A stretch of DNA of 64,000 bases from Malacoraja senta. Its lineage: Eukaryota. The DNA is taken from assembly GCA_038087875.1 (NCBI GenBank), contig JAXLNO010000110.1, positions 372,001 to 436,000 on the forward strand, read 5' to 3'. A program made the translations under genes and the position numbers. Below the pieces are notes generated by a model. It had not been told where the DNA came from. It did not search any database and saw nothing but the letters and a program-made list of their open reading frames with translations. Below are positions 62,140-64,000 of this stretch, piece by piece. How positions within the stretch are numbered: position 1 is the stretch's first letter; every line of letters begins with the position of its first letter.

Positions 62140-62760
62140 TTCAAGGTCAAGTCAGGTTTATTCGTCACATACACATACGAGATGTGCAGTAAAATTTAAA
62201 GTGGCAATGCTCGTGGACTTTGTGCAAAAAAACAAACAAACAAACTACAAACAGAATGGAACAGAATCACATATTACATATTTGTGGGAGGGAAGTAAAG
62301 GAAAAAAACAGCAATGTTAAAAAGACACCACACAACAGTATAATGGTCCAGTAAAGTTAGTCCCTGGGGAGAGGAGTTTACAGTCCTAATGGTCTCTGGG
62401 AAGAAACTCCTTCTCATCCTCTCCGTTCTTACAGCATGGCAATGGAGGCGTTTGCCTGACCGTAGCATCTGGACCAGTCCGTTGCTGGGGTGGAAGGGGT
62501 CTCCCATAATCTTGTTGGCTCAGGAGTTGCACCTTCTGATGTATAGTTCCTGCAGAGGGGCGGGTGTAGTTCCCATAGGGCGTTCGGCCGAACGCACTAC
62601 TCTCTGCAGAGCCTTCTTGTCCTGGGCAGAGCAGTTCCCAAACCAAATCGTGATGTTTCCGGACAAGATGCTTTCCACAGCCCCAGAGTAGAAGCACTGA
62701 AGGATCCTCAGAGAGACTCTGAATTTCCTCAATTGCCTGAGGTGGTAAAGGCGCTGCCTA
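62140..62760 (-). mobile_element. Rex1/Babar LINE 3' fragment
   Basis: Translates to QRLYHLRQLRKF...FYSGAVESILSGNITIWFGNC...LQRVVRSAE...RTERMRRSFFP. Confidence 0.9.
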
Positions 62761-62782
62761 TGCAGATAGAGTGGGTTTAGAC

Positions 62783-62969
62783 CAGGGGTTCCCAACTTTT
62801 TTCATTCCGTTTACCCCGGCAACTTTAATAGCACATAACAATGTTATTTCACTTATTTATGAACCGGAACCAAACACAGTCAGTCAATGAGAAAAAATGT
62901 GTACAAATCCAGAAGCAACAAATTTACCCCCTGGGGTAAGTGAAATTTACCCCAGGTTGGGAATCCTTG
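62783..62969. mobile_element. hAT (Charlie-like) MITE
   Basis: TIRs caggggttcccaac / gttgggaatccttg, with an 8-bp TSD gtttagac / gtttagag. Confidence 0.85.
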
Positions 62970-63409
62970 GTTTAGAGGGATATGGGCCAAAAGCAGGCAA
63001 GTGGGACCAGTGGAGATGGGGTATGTTGGTTGGCGTGGGCAAGTTGGGTCAGATGGTCTGTTTCCATGCTGAATGACTCTACCGCTGCACCACCCAAGCC
63101 CAGTCCAGTTAGGCCCGACCTTGGTTTGTTTATTTAGTTGAGTTTATTGTCATGTGTACTGAGGTACAGTGAAAAGCTTTTGTTGCGTGCTATCCAGTCA
63201 GCAGAAAGATAAATACATGATTACAATCAAGCCATTCACAGTGTGCAGATACACAACACATTTAATGCAAGATAAAGCCAGTAAAGTCCGATCAAAGATA
63301 GTCTGAGGGTCTCCATTGAGGTAGATAGTAATTCAGGACTGCTCTCTAGTTGTTGGTAGGATGGTTCAGGTGCCTCAGCGACCCAGTCGATGCAGCAAGA
63401 CCATGCTGT

Positions 63410-63920
63410 CGCACTGACTGGGCGCATCCTGGCCTGGTTCGGCAACTTGAACGTCCAGGAGCGGAAAAGACCGCAAAAAGTCGTGACCACTGCCCAGTCC
63501 ATCACCGGCTCTGACCTCCCCACCATTGAAGGGATCTATCGCAGTTGCTGCCTCAAAAAGGCAGCCAACATCATCAGAGACCCACACACCATCCTGGCCA
63601 CACACTCATTTCACCGTTGCCATCGGGAAGAAGGTACAGGAGCCTAACAACTGTAACGCCCAGGTTCAGGAAGAGCTACTTCTCCACAGCCATCAGGCTA
63701 TTAAACACAACAACAAATAAGCTCTGAACTGCAACAGACTATTATTATTATTGCACTATATTTATCTATTTATTGAGTATGTGTGCATGTGTGTACACAC
63801 ACACTGGACTTTTTTTCTCCCGTTATGTACTATGTTGACATATTCTGTTGTGCTGCAGCAAGCAAGAATTTCATTGTCCTATCTGGGACACATGACAATA
63901 AAACACTCTTGACTCTTGAA
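63410..63920 (+). mobile_element. Rex1/Babar-like LINE 3' end with 3' UTR
   Basis: Translates to LTGRILAWFGN...CLKKAANIIRDP...SGRRYRSL...AIRLLN; tail acaataaaacactcttgactcttga. Confidence 0.85.
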
Positions 63921-64000
63921 TGCTGGAGTAACTCAGTGGGACAGGCAGCGTCTCTGGATAGAAGGAATGCGTGATGTTTCGGGTCGAGACCCTTCTTGAA

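Noticed and set aside
59283..64000. Further upstream IQ-motif exons of IQGAP3
   Set aside because: None recognised. The interval is nearly all repeats, so they probably lie beyond the window.

Overview
Vertebrate genomic DNA, very probably a cartilaginous fish (skate or ray). This is inferred from the HE1-like V-SINE and CR1/HER1-type LINE repeat landscape, not from a database search. The main gene is the 3' part of an IQGAP-family gene, best matching IQGAP3, on the minus strand. I traced 12 coding exons by hand between 59282 and the stop codon at 16065; they cover part of the RasGAP-related domain and the RasGAP C-terminal region, followed by a probable ~3 kb 3' UTR. Splice phases join consistently from 54265 to the stop, with three peculiarities: a 1-nt deficit in one exon, two GC-AG introns, and about four expected exons missing, probably inside the 200-N gap at 55658-55857. 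The first kilobase is a CpG-island, CCAAT-rich promoter of an unidentified neighbouring gene. Almost everything else is transposable-element debris: CR1, L2, Rex1/Babar and Tx1-like LINE fragments, V-SINEs, one teleost-like CORE-SINE, and MITEs of several DNA-transposon superfamilies. There are also many Penelope-like (GIY-YIG) fragments whose 3' module carries a minimal hammerhead-ribozyme motif in more than 20 copies. I found no convincing wholly new protein-coding system. The most notable items are the ribozyme-bearing repeat, the possible horizontally transferred SINE, and the IQGAP3 splicing oddities.
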